Positions 62,791-64,000 of a stretch of 64,000 nt of DNA are shown piece by piece. Below the pieces are notes generated by a model. It searched no databases. It was not told the origin of the DNA and saw only the letters and a program-made list of their open reading frames with translations. Position 1 is the first letter of the stretch. Every line of letters begins with the position of its first letter. Source of the stretch: Mobula hypostoma (taxonomy: Eukaryota); NCBI RefSeq assembly GCF_963921235.1, contig NC_086108.1, forward strand, positions 8,184,001 to 8,248,000, given 5' to 3'. The translations under genes and the position numbers were made by a program.

Positions 62791-64000
62791 TGGACACAAA
62801 TTGCTGGAGGAATTCAGCAGGTCAGGCAGCATCTACGGAAGGAAATGACAGTCAGTGTTTCGGACCGAGACCCTCCATCAAGGCAGGAAAGGAAGCAATC
62901 GGAATCTGGTTTAATATCACTGGCAGATATCATGAAATTTGTTGTTTTGTGGCAGTAGTACATTGCAATACATCATTTAAAAAAAACATCATTTTTAAAG
63001 CAATATTATATGTTTATATTTAAATAAGTAGTGCAAAAGAAGAAAAAATATAGTGAGGTAGTGTTCATGGGTGGTTTGAGAAGGGGAAGGCGGCAAAATA
63101 AGACAGTGGGGGTGGGAGGATGATGTAAATGCTATAAAATCTATAAATTACAATAAGATGTATATATAAATTAAATAGGTAGTGCAGAAGTTCAAAGTTT
63201 AAAGTAAATTTATTATCAGAGTACATACATATCACCATATACAACCCTGAGATTCATTTTCTTGTGGGCATACTCAGTAAATCTATAGAATAATAACCAT
63301 AACAGGATCAATGAAAGACCACATCAGCTTGGGCATTCGACCAGAGTGCAAGACCGTCGGGGATGGGGGGGTTGTGAAGACTGTGTAATTAAGAGATTTA
63401 ATAGTGATAGCAAGGAAACAGCAAGTAAATAGTTAAAGACATTCTATTTTCCCCAGCAGTGTGACCCGCGGGCAAGATAACCTACGCCAGGCAGTCCATT
63501 CGAACCTCCAATTGACTAAAGGGTGTGTGTACTGTTCCAAACCTCATTCGAGTGGCCCGGCAGCGATTCATTTTCAGTACACGTTCTTAACACGGGCAGG
63601 GCTGCATTTGTGGTATCTCCTTCTATGAGCAACGATTCGAACGGCAGGCAGTTAGGGTGGGAGCATGGGAACTTGGCACACTCACTCTGCCTTCTCACAC
63701 AGCGTCCGGCCTTCACCCAAGTGGAGCAGGTTCCAGGAATGCAGTGGGGTCTTGGAGCCAGCCAAGCCACCTGAACGACTTGCTTGCTGTGTCTTACACC
63801 ACAGCCCTGTCCAGATGGACTCAGCACCCTGCAGTCTGCCAGGAACACAGGCAGTTGGCAGTCTGCTGCGTTCCTTGAAGGCAGTGTGAGGACATGAGGT
63901 TGTGACTCTCTCTCGTTTTCAGTAAGATGATCTCAGTTGAACTTACTTTCTGGGGTGAAAACTTCACCTGATTAAATCAGATTGGGATGGATTTCAATAG

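Noticed and set aside
63516..63848. 110-aa minus-strand ORF in non-repetitive DNA as the upstream coding exon of the gene
   Set aside because: Its best donor (GAG|gtttgg at 63543) is phase 0, but the 54442 exon needs phase 1; no similarity recognised. A strong donor AAA|gtaagt at 63947 could end a non-coding exon but cannot be supported without RNA data.

Overview
Eukaryotic, repeat-rich vertebrate genomic DNA, most likely a cartilaginous fish (elasmobranch), judging from HE1/V-SINE-like SINEs, abundant CR1 LINEs and Penelope-like elements. One host gene spans the window on the minus strand: seven GT-AG exons (54442-53982, 38417-38317, 26449-26383, 14958-14912, 12777-12627, 12055-11924, 3187-3005) splice in frame. 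They encode the Ser-rich N-terminus, the complete DH (RhoGEF) domain and the first part of the PH domain of a PLEKHG1/2/3-family protein, best matching PLEKHG2; the gene continues beyond position 1. The introns contain CR1, Rex1/Babar-like, R2/HERO-like and RTE-like retroelement fragments, Penelope-like elements with minimal hammerhead-ribozyme remnants, a Gypsy gag remnant, Tc1 transposons and MITEs, tRNA-derived SINEs and a tRNA-Phe pseudogene. There are many tandem repeats, including a 6.4 kb 30-bp minisatellite with higher-order structure, and long polypurine tracts. The long ORFs in the ORF track come from repeats. I found no convincing novel protein-coding system. The best leads are non-coding: the motif-dense 30-bp array, an identical inverted 95-bp unit bracketing two exons, an old inverted duplication around one exon, and the Penelope hammerheads.
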